The notes beneath the pieces were generated by a model. The model was not told where the DNA came from and made no database searches. It saw only the letters and a program-made list of their open reading frames with translations. A stretch of 64,000 bases of DNA, from contig OZ287757.1 in the NCBI GenBank assembly GCA_965649765.1, positions 31,186,001 through 31,250,000 on the forward strand. The letters run 5' to 3'. How positions within the stretch are numbered: the stretch's first letter is position 1; each line of letters opens with the position of its first letter. Positions 38,025 through 52,246 of this stretch are shown here, one piece after another. Made by a program: the position numbers and the translations under genes. The stretch comes from Bispira polyomma. Its lineage: Eukaryota.

Positions 38025-41000
38025 ATGTCCTTAGACATCTGTAAAAAAAGTTTAATATGTGAAAAAAACAGATGTCAAAACTTCATATAGATTGTTTGAA
38101 CCATCTCATTTAACAAGAAAGACTGAACTTTGTAACTTAGTTGAAAGCTTTATAGAATTTTCTCTTAATAGCAAAGTAAATTTCAAGCAATGTTGGTCAT
38201 GTGCAGCAAAAGTGCAAACTGTTTTGAGAAAGAAAGATGATTTAATAGCCACCTTCCATGCATAACAAGAAAGGCTTTGAGGAAAAGTTTAAGAGGGTGA
38301 AAATATTGCCAAAGGAAACTATAAATATGCCTTCTATGTAAAAGTTATTTGAACCAACAGCATCATTGGATAAAGATGAACTTGGGGTTCAGCCACTCAC
38401 AACGAAGAGGATCTTAAACATTGAAAACGTTTTGACCCCTTTTAAAGGTACAATAAGAGAGAAATCACCAACAGAAACAACAAAAACTTGACTTATTTCT
38501 TTGCTCCATTTCCAGATTTCCTAGCCTTATAAAGAATCTCCATCATAAATTCCTCGTCCAAAGAAGACATTTTCAGGCACATCTGTACAGAGTTTGAGAC
38601 ACTAGCTTCTCCGACCTCCCAAGCATGGGTAAATAATCTTTTATACTTTTAAAAACTACATCATCCAGTCTATATTGAAACTACACTTGTTTGTGTGTGA
38701 TTTTCCCCCCAATTGCAGTCCCAATTAGAATAACTAATGCGCTCTAAGCATCATATTGCCATATATTTGCCAATATAAACTGTTTTTGACTGTGGCCATC
38801 TTGTTTTTAGTAACGTCCCCAAAAGCAATCCCAAGCAAGCCATTTTATGATAAACCTATATATTTAATTGCTGAAGATATCTTGACTGGTTTTCTCTTGA
38901 ATCACCGGAAATAGTTCTACTCTGATGGCTGCAGTGGTTGTAGGACAAAAATCCCCTTGACATAAGCCCCCTGACATAACCCCCAACCCCTTGACATAAC
39001 CTCCCTTAGTTTTTAAGGCATAGGACAAGCCCCTCCTCCCTCTATCCTATAGTCTAATACACATGGTTAACAGTTTGTTGAAAATATTTAGTCTATCAAT
39101 TCTATGGGGGCGACATCCATAAAAATGCCGTGATAATATTTTTAGACTGATTTGTGTCATATTTTGAAGAATCATAAAAATTACATTTTAGAAGTTGATA
39201 ATGAAGAAAATCTTCACTTGTGGTGTATATAAAAAAAAATTATATGACTCCAGAAAATAAAACTTCTTGTAAAAACAGATTAATGGCTCAAAAATAACCT
39301 TTTTCAATAAAGACTAGATTTTTGAATAAAATATTGAGTCGGTATTATAAATGTGCACCCTCTGATTCACATCATGTTTACCTTTGATGTTGGGACTGTT
39401 TAATTTTGAATTTTTATTTTTTTCACCTAGAAGCCATGGTGGTACATTTTCTTTCATTTGTATGATAAATATTCTTCTCTGTAACTTAATTTGATCAATA
39501 AAACTTGTTATTTTTCTGTAAAATCTGTAGATGTTTAGTACAGTCTATATATAAAATATTCTAACCTGACACGGCAGTGCCGGCGATTCTGATTGGCCAA
39601 CAGCCTCGGTAAAATTATCCAAAAACCTATAAACGGAAATAGACAAAGTTTGCCTAAATTGTACTGGATCCCCAATAGATATAGTTCCTTCAAAACCATA
39701 ATTTTGCAGTAACAGCGGCTTGAATCAAAAATATAAATTTAATTTGTCATGTTAGAATAGGAATAACCAATTCTAAAGCACGGTATACTCTTGGAGCATA
39801 GAAACACTCAGGCTTCGCCTTCATGTTATTACATGGTATCGTGGTAAAAATGACCATATACCGAGCTTTGTCATTAGTTATTCCTATAATAATATTTTCC
39901 TTTGACAAAGTTCAATTATGATATGTCTGCTCCGAAACAGATCAACAGTATCATGGCAGAGAAGAATAGCCTCAAGAAAGTTGTGTTCATTAGACTGTGT
40001 GCAACATATAACACAATGTCATACACCACAACCAGCCAAACCAAGGAATCATTTTGCTGTGGAACATGACAGTGTGTTATTGGAATGGAAAGACTCGGTG
40101 GTAAAAAAAGCGTGAAGCTGTTGAATTAATACAAAATAGCATTCAGTCCATTGCCGAACACCTTCATGAAAATCCCCATGCAGAGATTCTTCAGAATACC
40201 TACAGCCAATTACAGCAAGAACTTAATGAACTGGATCAACAAATGCATCCAGGTAAGGAAATTTTGCTCGATGCTGATCAAAAATGTAAGCAGCACATTT
40301 GATCATCCACTCAAACTCTAAAAGGATCACTGAAACTAAAAATATCAGTCAATGTTTGAAATTTTTACTATGAATAAGTTATTTGTGCTGCTGATGCTGG
40401 ATTTTGAAAGATAATTTTAAGTGAAAATTTCTAGTTCTAATAATGGGCAATGTTAAAAATTATTTCCAGTGAATTACACATAAATTATAAGGTATTGAAT
40501 TTTGTTAAAGCTAAAATGTTTCCATACAATTTTAGTGTAGTAGTTCCTTGTTTTATGTAGAGCTTTGATATGTATTGAATGTTGAGTGAACAGTTTAAGT
40601 CTGAAATATGACAATCACTTTAAGGTGAAATTGGCTAATCTTTAAACATTGTTTATAAGGACCCTGGTGGTCTGGTGGTTAACAGTGTCTGTTTTAAAAT
40701 CACTGGCCTCCACAATGGAGCAAGTCGACCTGTATCTTGATGTGGGAAACCTTGTCAGAAAATGGCCATAGGGTAGTTTGCAGTAGATATATATAAATTT
40801 TATGATTGTAGTGAGGGGCTCGGTGTTGTAGTGGTTAATGCATTCGCCTCCCACCTCTGAGGCTGTGGGTTCAAATCCTTGTTGCAGCTTTATGTAAGAA
40901 AGTTTACTAGTATGCACTACTTTCTCACACCAGTAAAATTGCCCATCATGATATGACCTATACAATGTATTGAAAGCAATGTTAAACCTCAATCAATCAA

Positions 41001-42640
41001 TATGTGAGCGTAGTAATTTTCCACACCAATAAATCATATAGCAGATGATGTTAAAAGTGATCTAAAAGCCAAATAAACATACAACCTTTCACTTATGCTC
41101 CTTTTATCTATATTTATAGGATATGACATAGTTGGGGACAATGTGGACATCAAGGCTCATGTTAAATAACAGCGAAAGAACCACCACATGCTCAACCTAA
41201 TTGACTACAAAAATCGCAAATTGAACTTAATGACACTGCTTCACAGTATAAAAGTGAGGAATTTCCACTCCATAATTTTATACCAACCTGTGATGTAGTA
41301 CAGAAGTTTAGAGATCAGTGTGCGATTCTAATTGCTAAGACTTGGGTCGAACATCTTCCCACATTTGCTTGGATGAAGAGAATGTTACCAGCATACATCC
41401 CTCATGAACACATCACTTCACCAAACAAAAAACTGAAAGGGTGCACCTCGGATTGCTTTTTAAAAACGAAAACAACTTGGATGAGATGCAGGACATTGTG
41501 CAAGATATTCACAAATTTGTCCCTGGATCTGATTTTGAAAAGGAATAGTCTTTATCAAAACTTAAATGTGGTGGGGATTATCTGACATTTGAACACTATT
41601 AAAGAGTTCGAGAACTGAATTCTGATGGTAGAAACACCAGCAAATGACTAGAAGGGTTGATACCAAATATGGAGCTTTTCCATTTTCAGGCTGGATGGAA
41701 CGTAGTTATCTGGAAAGTTTTATTCAAAATCAGTTCCCAGAAAGATATTGGCACACTCTATGCTGCAAGATCAATGCCAGAAATAATGTAACCAAAGATC
41801 CGGGTAACAACTTTTATGCAGCTGAAGAGTTGTTAAATAAGTATACAGCAGCATATCTTGCAACAGTAGCAATTTATTTCATTGACATGGATAATGAAGA
41901 ATCATATCCAACAGTGAATATGATTGAACATGGATTCTGAACAAACTTTGAAAAATATTTCTGATACCATTTACAAGTCTGTGGATAAATCTTTTCAACA
42001 TGTCACACCTCCCGCATCTGATAAATCACCTATAACACTTCAACTTCCATGTCTGTTTTGTTGGAAGGCCTACAGAAAAGGGCCTGGTGTTTTGCGTCGA
42101 CATGAAAGACAATGCCACAGTCTTCCACATCAGATTGATGAAAGACTGGAAAAAGCTACTTCTGTAGATGAAGATAAAGTGTTAAACTACACTTAATGTG
42201 CCTTAACTTTGCTTTTGTTACACATGAACATAAATGATGCAATACAAATGGGTGATGGTGATTGAATATATAGAAATGTGGAGTTAATGTACTTTTATTT
42301 CAAAGTAATTGGCTGTTTTAAATATGCTCTCGAATGTTTGGAAACTTTGTCTCAAGTTAAATGCCTCTTATCACCCTGTTTGGCATACAGACTGAAATGG
42401 AACAGAACAGTAAATACAAAAGGAAAAGTAAACACCAATTATTCCAAAGATTTAGATGTAGAGCATCACAGCAATGTAGTTAAACAACATTTAAAAACAT
42501 CCAGTAGAATCAGTCGCAGTACTGACAGCACAAGCCAAATAGCAGGCCATATTGCTGAGATTACAGGGGACAGAAGACCTAGTGGAAAGCATAAAACAGC
42601 TAGTACCAAAGATGACATAGCATTATTCATCAACTAGTTT
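38025..42640 (+). pseudogene. Academ-like (DUF6589-type) transposase pseudogene, spliced
   Basis: HPG|YDIVGDNVD across intron 40253-41119, then VVGDYLTFE, NVTKDPGNNFYAAEELL, a C2H2-like CLFC...LRRHERQCH, DAIQMGDGD, KYALE and WNRTVNTKG...KDLDVEH. Many stops. Superfamily assigned from recalled motif pattern only. Confidence 0.65.
40815..41000 (+). mobile_element. tRNA-derived SINE (copies at ~45960-46145 and ~60613-60798)
   Basis: ggggctcggtgttgtagtgg A box, gggttcaaatcc B box, (caat)n tail. Confidence 0.7.
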
Positions 42641-43862
42641 CACAAAGCTGATTTATTATAAAACATTAGGGAATAATATCAAGAAACGTCATCATTTCAA
42701 TAATAATACTAACGTAAACAACATTAAATAGTGTACTAAAAGACTAAAAATACTATACATCGGTTATGTTCGACCTGGTATTTATCAATAAGTTTTTACT
42801 TGCTACAGTTATCACTTCACACACCTTCTTGGGGAGTGATGTACTTCACCCGTTGACCATTTCTCTGAGAACCACCACAGATGGCCCATATATCTACGTT
42901 TTTAACACACTACTTCAGTTTTGTTTAATGACTTAATTCTATTATAAAGATGAACATTTGAAATTCTGGCTTTTATGTGCCCAATCACTGGTTGATATTT
43001 CCATGTGATATCTATTTTCTTAATTTTACACCATGATGCCATTCTGATCATTCGGTGTATTAAATGTTCCCTTAATGTTTTAATCCTGACATCACAGGAT
43101 TAAATTCTTAAAAATTTACTAAAGATTCCTTATCTAGTAACATTGCCCTTTAATTGTGACCTTAGCATTATGGTAAACACGAAATATGAACGAGCATGTT
43201 TGGGATATTAATTTTATTTCTATGTTAAAGACTACACTTATTCAATAACTAGATGGGAGCCACCCGAGCTTGATAAGATTTAGAAAAAGGGAGCCTTGAA
43301 TTGCTTTGCAGTTTAATTGATTAAGTTTATGATTAGGCTAGTCAGATTTAAGTTTGACTAAGGCTACCCTAACTTGAAATAAATGTAAGGTCAGCCGTAA
43401 CTAAGTTTTTGGTAAGGCTACCATAAATTAATTGAGGTGGCCTTAATCTGAGTAAGTATGATTGTTGTTGAAAATCAGAACACAATAAAAAGATACTGTT
43501 TGGAGGTTTATTTCTGTACAAGTTAGTTTTCTATGTACAGTTTTGTATACATAATATTTAAAATAAATATAAAATTTTACATTATTCTCACACCTCTTTT
43601 ATTTAAGTTTGAAAACACTTGCCATTTATTATGCAGTGACTCTCATCAACAACTAGTAGTTTCACATTTGTAACAAATGAGGAAGAGTGGAAAATATCCG
43701 CATAAAATCCTTCTCCTGTCAAGGATTCGGGTGATCTAAAAATATCATTAAAATCCCTTGACAATATCTTATCCTTTATGATTGTGTCTATTTTCTGCTT
43801 TTAAGCAGAATATATTTTCCTCCATCAAAGCCTTTAGTGGCTGGATAACCACTACACATGAA

Positions 43863-44097
43863 TTTGAATTTGGATATTTAATGTCCACTCTAGTACCTTT
43901 TAGTAGGTTATATTGGGACGGGTAGTTGGAAATGCTGGCGGAAACACTGCATACAGTCGCTCAAGGTTCTGCACTGAAACCAGCGGCCCACAGTAAGGAA
44001 CTACCACCTTTTCCACATAGGCATCGACAGGATTCGAACTCACGCCACCCAGAGGTGAGAGACCAGTGATTGTAACAACTAGGCCACCGCGGCCCCC
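43863..44097 (-). mobile_element. tRNA-derived SINE with 14-bp TSD (copies at 49008-49242 and 57516-57750)
   Basis: A box tggcctagttg, B box gagttcgaatcc, TSD ccactacacatgaa at 43849-43862 and 44098-44111. Confidence 0.88.
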
Positions 44098-44645
44098 CCA
44101 CTACACATGAAACTATTGCCCCTATTTGTACATTATTATTTGATAAATAATCAAAACTAAAGGAGCAAGTTCATATATGATTGATTTCCCACTGCAAGTT
44201 GGGGACAGACAAAAAGTATTGTGCTTATCCACTAAATATTAAATTGCTCTAGTTTAAAAAGGTTCGAATTTAAACTTGTAATTCAAAAGTTTCATGGCAT
44301 CAATTATGGCATTCATGTTTACATCACTACTTGATTTTTTTTCTGACATGACTTTACTACCAAAACTTAAAACAGAGAACACACATGCTCACAAAGAGAT
44401 TACATCAACAGCAGATGGTTCAACATAATCACACAAGGTTAAGTGTTAAAGTCAGACACTTGGATATTGAGTAAAAATCATAATGCCCTCATGAAAAGAC
44501 CTTTCTCAAGGTCTAACGTTCATTGTATTTTGCTGTAACAATTAATTTTTCTAGCAGTTGGTAAGTTTTAGCACTCATTGTGTGATGATTCTGACAAGCA
44601 TTATATAGTTTCTGTCATTTCTGAAGACCACAAATTAGATCTCAG

Positions 44646-44845
44646 NNNNNNNNNNNNNNNNNNNNNNNNNNNNNNNNNNNNNNNNNNNNNNNNNNNNNNN
44701 NNNNNNNNNNNNNNNNNNNNNNNNNNNNNNNNNNNNNNNNNNNNNNNNNNNNNNNNNNNNNNNNNNNNNNNNNNNNNNNNNNNNNNNNNNNNNNNNNNNN
44801 NNNNNNNNNNNNNNNNNNNNNNNNNNNNNNNNNNNNNNNNNNNNN
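44646..44845. other. Assembly gap (200 N)
   Basis: N run. Confidence 0.99.
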
Positions 44846-45054
44846 AATTTTGCAGTAACAGCGGCTTGAATCAAAAATATAAATTTAATTTGTCATGTTA
44901 GAATAGGAATAACCAATTCTAAAGCACGGTATACTCTTGGAGCATAGAAACACTCAGGCTTCGCCTTCATGTTATTACATGGTATCGTGGTAAAAATGAC
45001 CATATACCGAGCTTTGTCATTAGTTATTCCTATAATAATATTTTCCTTTGACAA

Positions 45055-47785
45055 AGTTCAATTATGATATGTCTGCTCCGAAACAGATCAACAGTATCAT
45101 GGCAGAGAAGAATAGCCTCAAGAAAGTTGTGTTCATTAGACTGTGTGCAACATATAACACAATGTCATACACCACAACCAGCCAAACCAAGGAATCATTT
45201 TGCTGTGGAACATGACAGTGTGTTATTGGAATGGAAAGACTCGGTGGTAAAAAAGCGTGAAGCTGTTGAATTAATACAAAATAGCATTCAGTCCATTGCC
45301 GAACACCTTCATGAAAATCCCCATGCAGAGATTCTTCAGAATACCTACAGCCAATTACAGCAAGAACTTAATGAACTGGATCAACAAATGCATCCAGGTA
45401 AGGAAATTTTGCTCGATGCTGATCAAAAATGTAAGCAGCACATTTGATCATCCACTCAAACTCTAAAAGGATCACTGAAACTAAAAATATCAGTCAATGT
45501 TTGAAATTTTTACTATGAATAAGTTATTTGTGCTGCTGATGCTGGATTTTGAAAGATAATTTTAAGTGAAAATTTCTAGTTCTAATAATGGGCAATGTTA
45601 AAAATTATTTCCAGTGAATTACACATAAATTATAAGGTATTGAATTTTGTTAAAGCTAAAATGTTTCCATACAATTTTAGTGTAGTAGTTCCTTGTTTTA
45701 TGTAGAGCTTTGATATGTATTGAATGTTGAGTGAACAGTTTAAGTCTGAAATATGACAATCACTTTAAGGTGAAATTGGCTAATCTTTAAACATTGTTTA
45801 TAAGGACCCTGGTGGTCTGGTGGTTAACAGTGTCTGTTTTAAAATCACTGGCCTCCACAATGGAGCAAGTCGACCTGTATCTTGATGTGGGAAACCTTGT
45901 CAGAAAATGGCCATAGGGTAGTTTGCAGTAGATATATATAAATTTTATGATTGTAGTGAGGGGCTCGGTGTTGTAGTGGTTAATGCATTCGCCTCCCACC
46001 TCTGAGGCTGTGGGTTCAAATCCTTGTTGCAGCTTTATGTAAGAAAGTTTACTAGTATGCACTACTTTCTCACACCAGTAAAATTGCCCATCATGATATG
46101 ACCTATACAATGTATTGAAAGCAATGTTAAACCTCAATCAATCAATATGTGAGCGTAGTAATTTTCCACACCAATAAATCATATAGCAGATGATGTTAAA
46201 AGTGATCTAAAAGCCAAATAAACATACAACCTTTCACTTATGCTCCTTTTATCTATATTTATAGGATATGACATAGTTGGGGACAATGTGGACATCAAGG
46301 CTCATGTTAAATAACAGCGAAAGAACCACCACATGCTCAACCTAATTGACTACAAAAATCGCAAATTGAACTTAATGACACTGCTTCACAGTATAAAAGT
46401 GAGGAATTTCCACTCCATAATTTTATACCAACCTGTGATGTAGTACAGAAGTTTAGAGATCAGTGTGCGATTCTAATTGCTAAGACTTGGGTCGAACATC
46501 TTCCCACATTTGCTTGGATGAAGAGAATGTTACCAGCATACATCCCTCATGAACACATCACTTCACCAAACAAAAAACTGAAAGGGTGCACCTCGGATTG
46601 CTTTTTAAAAACGAAAACAACTTGGATGAGATGCAGGACATTGTGCAAGATATTCACAAATTTGTCCCTGGATCTGATTTTGAAAAGGAATAGTCTTTAT
46701 CAAAACTTAAATGTGGTGGGGATTATCTGACATTTGAACACTATTAAAGAGTTCGAGAACTGAATTCTGATGGTAGAAACACCAGCAAATGACTAGAAGG
46801 GTTGATACCAAATATGGAGCTTTTCCATTTTCAGGCTGGATGGAACGTAGTTATCTGGAAAGTTTTATTCAAAATCAGTTCCCAGAAAGATATTGGCACA
46901 CTCTATGCTGCAAGATCAATGCCAGAAATAATGTAACCAAAGATCCGGGTAACAACTTTTATGCAGCTGAAGAGTTGTTAAATAAGTATACAGCAGCATA
47001 TCTTGCAACAGTAGCAATTTATTTCATTGACATGGATAATGAAGAATCATATCCAACAGTGAATATGATTGAACATGGATTCTGAACAAACTTTGAAAAA
47101 TATTTCTGATACCATTTACAAGTCTGTGGATAAATCTTTTCAACATGTCACACCTCCCGCATCTGATAAATCACCTATAACACTTCAACTTCCATGTCTG
47201 TTTTGTTGGAAGGCCTACAGAAAAGGGCCTGGTGTTTTGCGTCGACATGAAAGACAATGCCACAGTCTTCCACATCAGATTGATGAAAGACTGGAAAAAG
47301 CTACTTCTGTAGATGAAGATAAAGTGTTAAACTACACTTAATGTGCCTTAACTTTGCTTTTGTTACACATGAACATAAATGATGCAATACAAATGGGTGA
47401 TGGTGATTGAATATATAGAAATGTGGAGTTAATGTACTTTTATTTCAAAGTAATTGGCTGTTTTAAATATGCTCTCGAATGTTTGGAAACTTTGTCTCAA
47501 GTTAAATGCCTCTTATCACCCTGTTTGGCATACAGACTGAAATGGAACAGAACAGTAAATACAAAAGGAAAAGTAAACACCAATTATTCCAAAGATTTAG
47601 ATGTAGAGCATCACAGCAATGTAGTTAAACAACATTTAAAAACATCCAGTAGAATCAGTCGCAGTACTGACAGCACAAGCCAAATAGCAGGCCATATTGC
47701 TGAGATTACAGGGGACAGAAGACCTAGTGGAAAGCATAAAACAGCTAGTACCAAAGATGACATAGCATTATTCATCAACTAGTTT
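45055..47785 (+). pseudogene. Duplicate partial copy of the Academ-like transposase pseudogene
   Basis: ORF set matches 39918-42637 except one homopolymer. Confidence 0.65.
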
Positions 47786-50700
47786 CACAAAGCTGATTTA
47801 TTATAAAACATTAGGGAATAATATCAAGAAACGTCATCATTTCAATAATAATACTAACGTAAACAACATTAAATAGTGTACTAAAAGACTAAAAATACTA
47901 TACATCGGTTATGTTCGACCTGGTATTTATCAATAAGTTTTTACTTGCTACAGTTATCACTTCACACACCTTCTTGGGGAGTGATGTACTTCACCCGTTG
48001 ACCATTTCTCTGAGAACCACCACAGATGGCCCATATATCTACGTTTTTAACACACTACTTCAGTTTTGTTTAATGACTTAATTCTATTATAAAGATGAAC
48101 ATTTGAAATTCTGGCTTTTATGTGCCCAATCACTGGTTGATATTTCCATGTGATATCTATTTTCTTAATTTTACACCATGATGCCATTCTGATCATTCGG
48201 TGTATTAAATGTTCCCTTAATGTTTTAATCCTGACATCACAGGATTAAATTCTTAAAAATTTACTAAAGATTCCTTATCTAGTAACATTGCCCTTTAATT
48301 GTGACCTTAGCATTATGGTAAACACGAAATATGAACGAGCATGTTTGGGATATTAATTTTATTTCTATGTTAAAGACTACACTTATTCAATAACTAGATG
48401 GGAGCCACCCGAGCTTGATAAGATTTAGAAAAAGGGAGCCTTGAATTGCTTTGCAGTTTAATTGATTAAGTTTATGATTAGGCTAGTCAGATTTAAGTTT
48501 GACTAAGGCTACCCTAACTTGAAATAAATGTAAGGTCAGCCGTAACTAAGTTTTTGGTAAGGCTACCATAAATTAATTGAGGTGGCCTTAATCTGAGTAA
48601 GTATGATTGTTGTTGAAAATCAGAACACAATAAAAAGATACTGTTTGGAGGTTTATTTCTGTACAAGTTAGTTTTCTATGTACAGTTTTGTATACATAAT
48701 ATTTAAAATAAATATAAAATTTTACATTATTCTCACACCTCTTTTATTTAAGTTTGAAAACACTTGCCATTTATTATGCAGTGACTCTCATCAACAACTA
48801 GTAGTTTCACATTTGTAACAAATGAGGAAGAGTGGAAAATATCCGCATAAAATCCTTCTCCTGTCAAGGATTCGGGTGATCTAAAAATATCATTAAAATC
48901 CCTTGACAATATCTTATCCTTTATGATTGTGTCTATTTTCTGCTTTTAAGCAGAATATATTTTCCTCCATCAAAGCCTTTAGTGGCTGGATAACCACTAC
49001 ACATGAATTTGAATTTGGATATTTAATGTCCACTCTAGTACCTTTTAGTAGGTTATATTGGGACGGGTAGTTGGAAATGCTGGCGGAAACACTGCATACA
49101 GTCGCTCAAGGTTCTGCACTGAAACCAGCGGCCCACAGTAAGGAACTACCACCTTTTCCACATAGGCATCGACAGGATTCGAACTCACGCCACCCAGAGG
49201 TGAGAGACCAGTGATTGTAACAACTAGGCCACCGCGGCCCCCCCACTACACATGAAACTATTGCCCCTATTTGTACATTATTATTTGATAAATAATCAAA
49301 ACTAAAGGAGCAAGTTCATATATGATTGATTTCCCACTGCAAGTTGGGGACAGACAAAAAGTATTGTGCTTATCCACTAAATATTAAATTGCTCTAGTTT
49401 AAAAAGGTTCGAATTTAAACTTGTAATTCAAAAGTTTCATGGCATCAATTATGGCATTCATGTTTACATCACTACTTGATTTTTTTTCTGACATGACTTT
49501 ACTACCAAAACTTAAAACAGAGAACACACATGCTCACAAAGAGATTACATCAACAGCAGATGGTTCAACATAATCACACAAGGTTAAGTGTTAAAGTCAG
49601 ACACTTGGATATTGAGTAAAAATCATAATGCCCTCATGAAAAGACCTTTCTCAAGGTCTAACGTTCATTGTATTTTGCTGTAACAATTAATTTTTCTAGC
49701 AGTTGGTAAGTTTTAGCACTCATTGTGTGATGATTCTGACAAGCATTATATAGTTTCTGTCATTTCTGAAGACCACAAATTAGATCTCAGAAGAGTTCCT
49801 GTAGTTGTGTCATGTTTACAGAACCAAAAATATATTAGCCACCTGCTCGGGTAAAAAGGTGTGTGTTTCTATGTGCGCAACTTGTGACGTTCCGTTGCAA
49901 ACTTGATTATCCAAGAAAAAGAGGAGCCGGGCTTTTGTATGTGAATGTGTTATAGGACTAACACCTGGCAAATTCTGATTCCAATCGATTTTTGTCACCC
50001 AAAATTGTAAGACAGTACATGTCTCATATTAGGGACCGTGGTTAGAAGTCTTTAGCTTCAGACTCCCTAAACCTCTTTACCAATGTGAGTTTCAATCATG
50101 TGTGTTCCTTCGTATCAGAAAATTTGCCAGATACATATGGTAGGCCGACAGTTTAGTGTTTCAGCACTGGGTTACCTTTCACTGGTTCATCGGGCATCAA
50201 GCAAGATATGACCTAATTTATAATTCATCTCTTCTTTCTTTGTCCTGTGACTGTGAACTTTTGGGAAAATGTAGAAGCATGGATCAAGATCAAAACAAAA
50301 TCTAAAGAACGGATCTTGTTGTAAAATGATGCCTAAACTTGAGGGCAGCAAATTCAATTTCAGAGAGGGGTGGTTGGTGATTGCTTATTGATATTTGTGC
50401 TGATGGACAGAAGAGAGAAAACGATTTTTTTTATTAGTGTTATTAGTGGGAGGGAGAACTGACACAGCAGGCCCCTAAAGTGGTCGTGTTAGTCAAATGT
50501 TGGGTCCAGTGGAACACATTTTAGGATATCTAAATACTGATAATAACTTACTTCTAATGAATATTATTATTTTAGTCACTAAAACTTGTATCTATTCTAA
50601 TTCAAGACACTCACCTCGCTTTCGTATTATGGAATTACAACAAAAAAGTTAAAACTATCTATGACAAACAAAAGCTAGTAGCTTAACTACATCTTAAGAA

Positions 50701-51385
50701 GGAATTATTCAGTGGAAATTGGCATTTATTAAAAATTGTGCTAATTTTTCCTTTTCTTCTGTGTATAAATTTTCTTTCTTGTTATGTACATGGCATTTAA
50801 AAAATGGTTTATTTTCCCTTACCAGTTCAAAAGATTTTCTTTTGGTCACAATTACAACGTTAATTTTTTGTGTTTTTTTAAGGTAAATCACCCTGCGAGG
50901 TGCAGGGTTTAGTAAAGTCCCTGTGAGAGCGTTGCAACCCCTCCCCTCTGCACAGGATGCGGAATAAACAAGATATATATATTAATATATATTAATATAT
51001 ATTAAAATATATTAATATACATTAACTGTAAGGCCTGTGGGTCAGCGCATGCAAAACCAATCAACAAAAAAATGTAAATCCGAAGACATTGATGTTGCAG
51101 ATATGTGTCTGGAGACAATGCCTGCTGAAGTTCGCAAACTGATACTAAAGTAACTAACAGAAACAAAAATTAACTTAAAACCTTACCTGTAACATAACAG
51201 AAATCTGTTACATATACTGTAAATGCTGATGTATCATCCACCAGATTTTCAACCGACTTAGAGTCAATCACTGGTGATCTCCTTGTTTCCCAAGGTCATA
51301 TGTTAAGGCAGTCTTACTATATCCAGACAGGCGTGGACTCCAGACTACATTAACTTACCCAAAATCCTGGTGGTTTCTTAGGCAA

Positions 51386-51655
51386 GAAAGCCAATTCTGA
51401 AAAAGGCAGGCCCTGTAGATGTATTCAGAAAGATACTTGTCCTCAAAAGACTATTTATCTGGTGGTCAATAGTAAAACCATATTTGTACCAATTGCTTCA
51501 TATTTGGAAAACGTTACAACCATCCCACTTAGGACTGTAGAAAAAATTCACAACATTCAAAAAGTAAATAGGGCACTGCAGGATTGCTGTCTGTTAAGGA
51601 CAAGTTTCCTTCTGAGAGAATCTACAGGGCCTGCCTTTTTTCAGAATTGGCTTTC
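51386..51655. repeat. MITE-like ~270 bp unit with ~35-bp inverted repeats (mirror at ~55103-55372)
   Basis: gaaagccaattctgaaaaaggcaggccctgtagat ... atctacagggcctgccttttttcagaattggctttc. Confidence 0.7.
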
Positions 51656-52246
51656 CTACTGTCCCCAAGTCTGAAATAAAGGTCTGTTCCCACCATAGAA
51701 TAGTTCATAGCAGGCTGGTTTAAGTTTTAAGTAGTGCCAACTGGGGAGCTGGATAGGCCAGATTTAAACATATCATAGGTCATACACCTAACAAGATAAA
51801 GTTAAGGTAGCCTGAAGCTATGACTTTGATCCTAACCTAAATTCATTTAGGTAGCCTTATTATGTAAACCTAGTTTGTTCATAATTGTAGTTTTAACACA
51901 GAATAAAATTTAATATCCCAACTGCTGCTTGTCTTTTACAAGATCATCTAAATCAATTCCTTTGTAGAGGGGCATTGAAAAGCATAATTGTACTTACAAC
52001 AAAAATTAAATCACCATAATATTACATTACTATTAACTGGATAAAATATATCACTTACAATAACTGACGAATTTACTCTTAAATTCATTATTACTGTAAT
52101 CTTTATATATATATATAGATATATCAAATTAATTAATTACATTTCACAATCCACATGCATCAGCAAAGGTAGTTAAAACTAAATGGCTAGAGAAAATTTT
52201 TAAGTTGAGAAACAATTATAACAGAACCACCAACCATGGTCAGTTT

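Larger units (their letters stand above)
39700..49790 (+). repeat. 4.9 kb direct duplication (39700-44645 = 44846-49790) across an N gap
   Basis: ORFs repeat with a 5145-5146 offset; the only difference noticed is one homopolymer length. Confidence 0.97.

Noticed and set aside
39540-39890. Possible Crypton-like non-autonomous repeat (ataggaataac...ggcttcgcc...gttattcctat)
   Set aside because: Only a short inverted repeat is visible; boundaries and class cannot be supported.
40642-40992. 116-aa ORF present three times
   Set aside because: Antisense reading of SINE sequence; the copy number comes from the duplication and palindrome.
43863-44097. tRNA genes here and at 30708-30948 and 40815-41000
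   Set aside because: A/B boxes are followed by a SINE body, a simple-repeat tail and (for two of them) TSDs; no complete cloverleaf.
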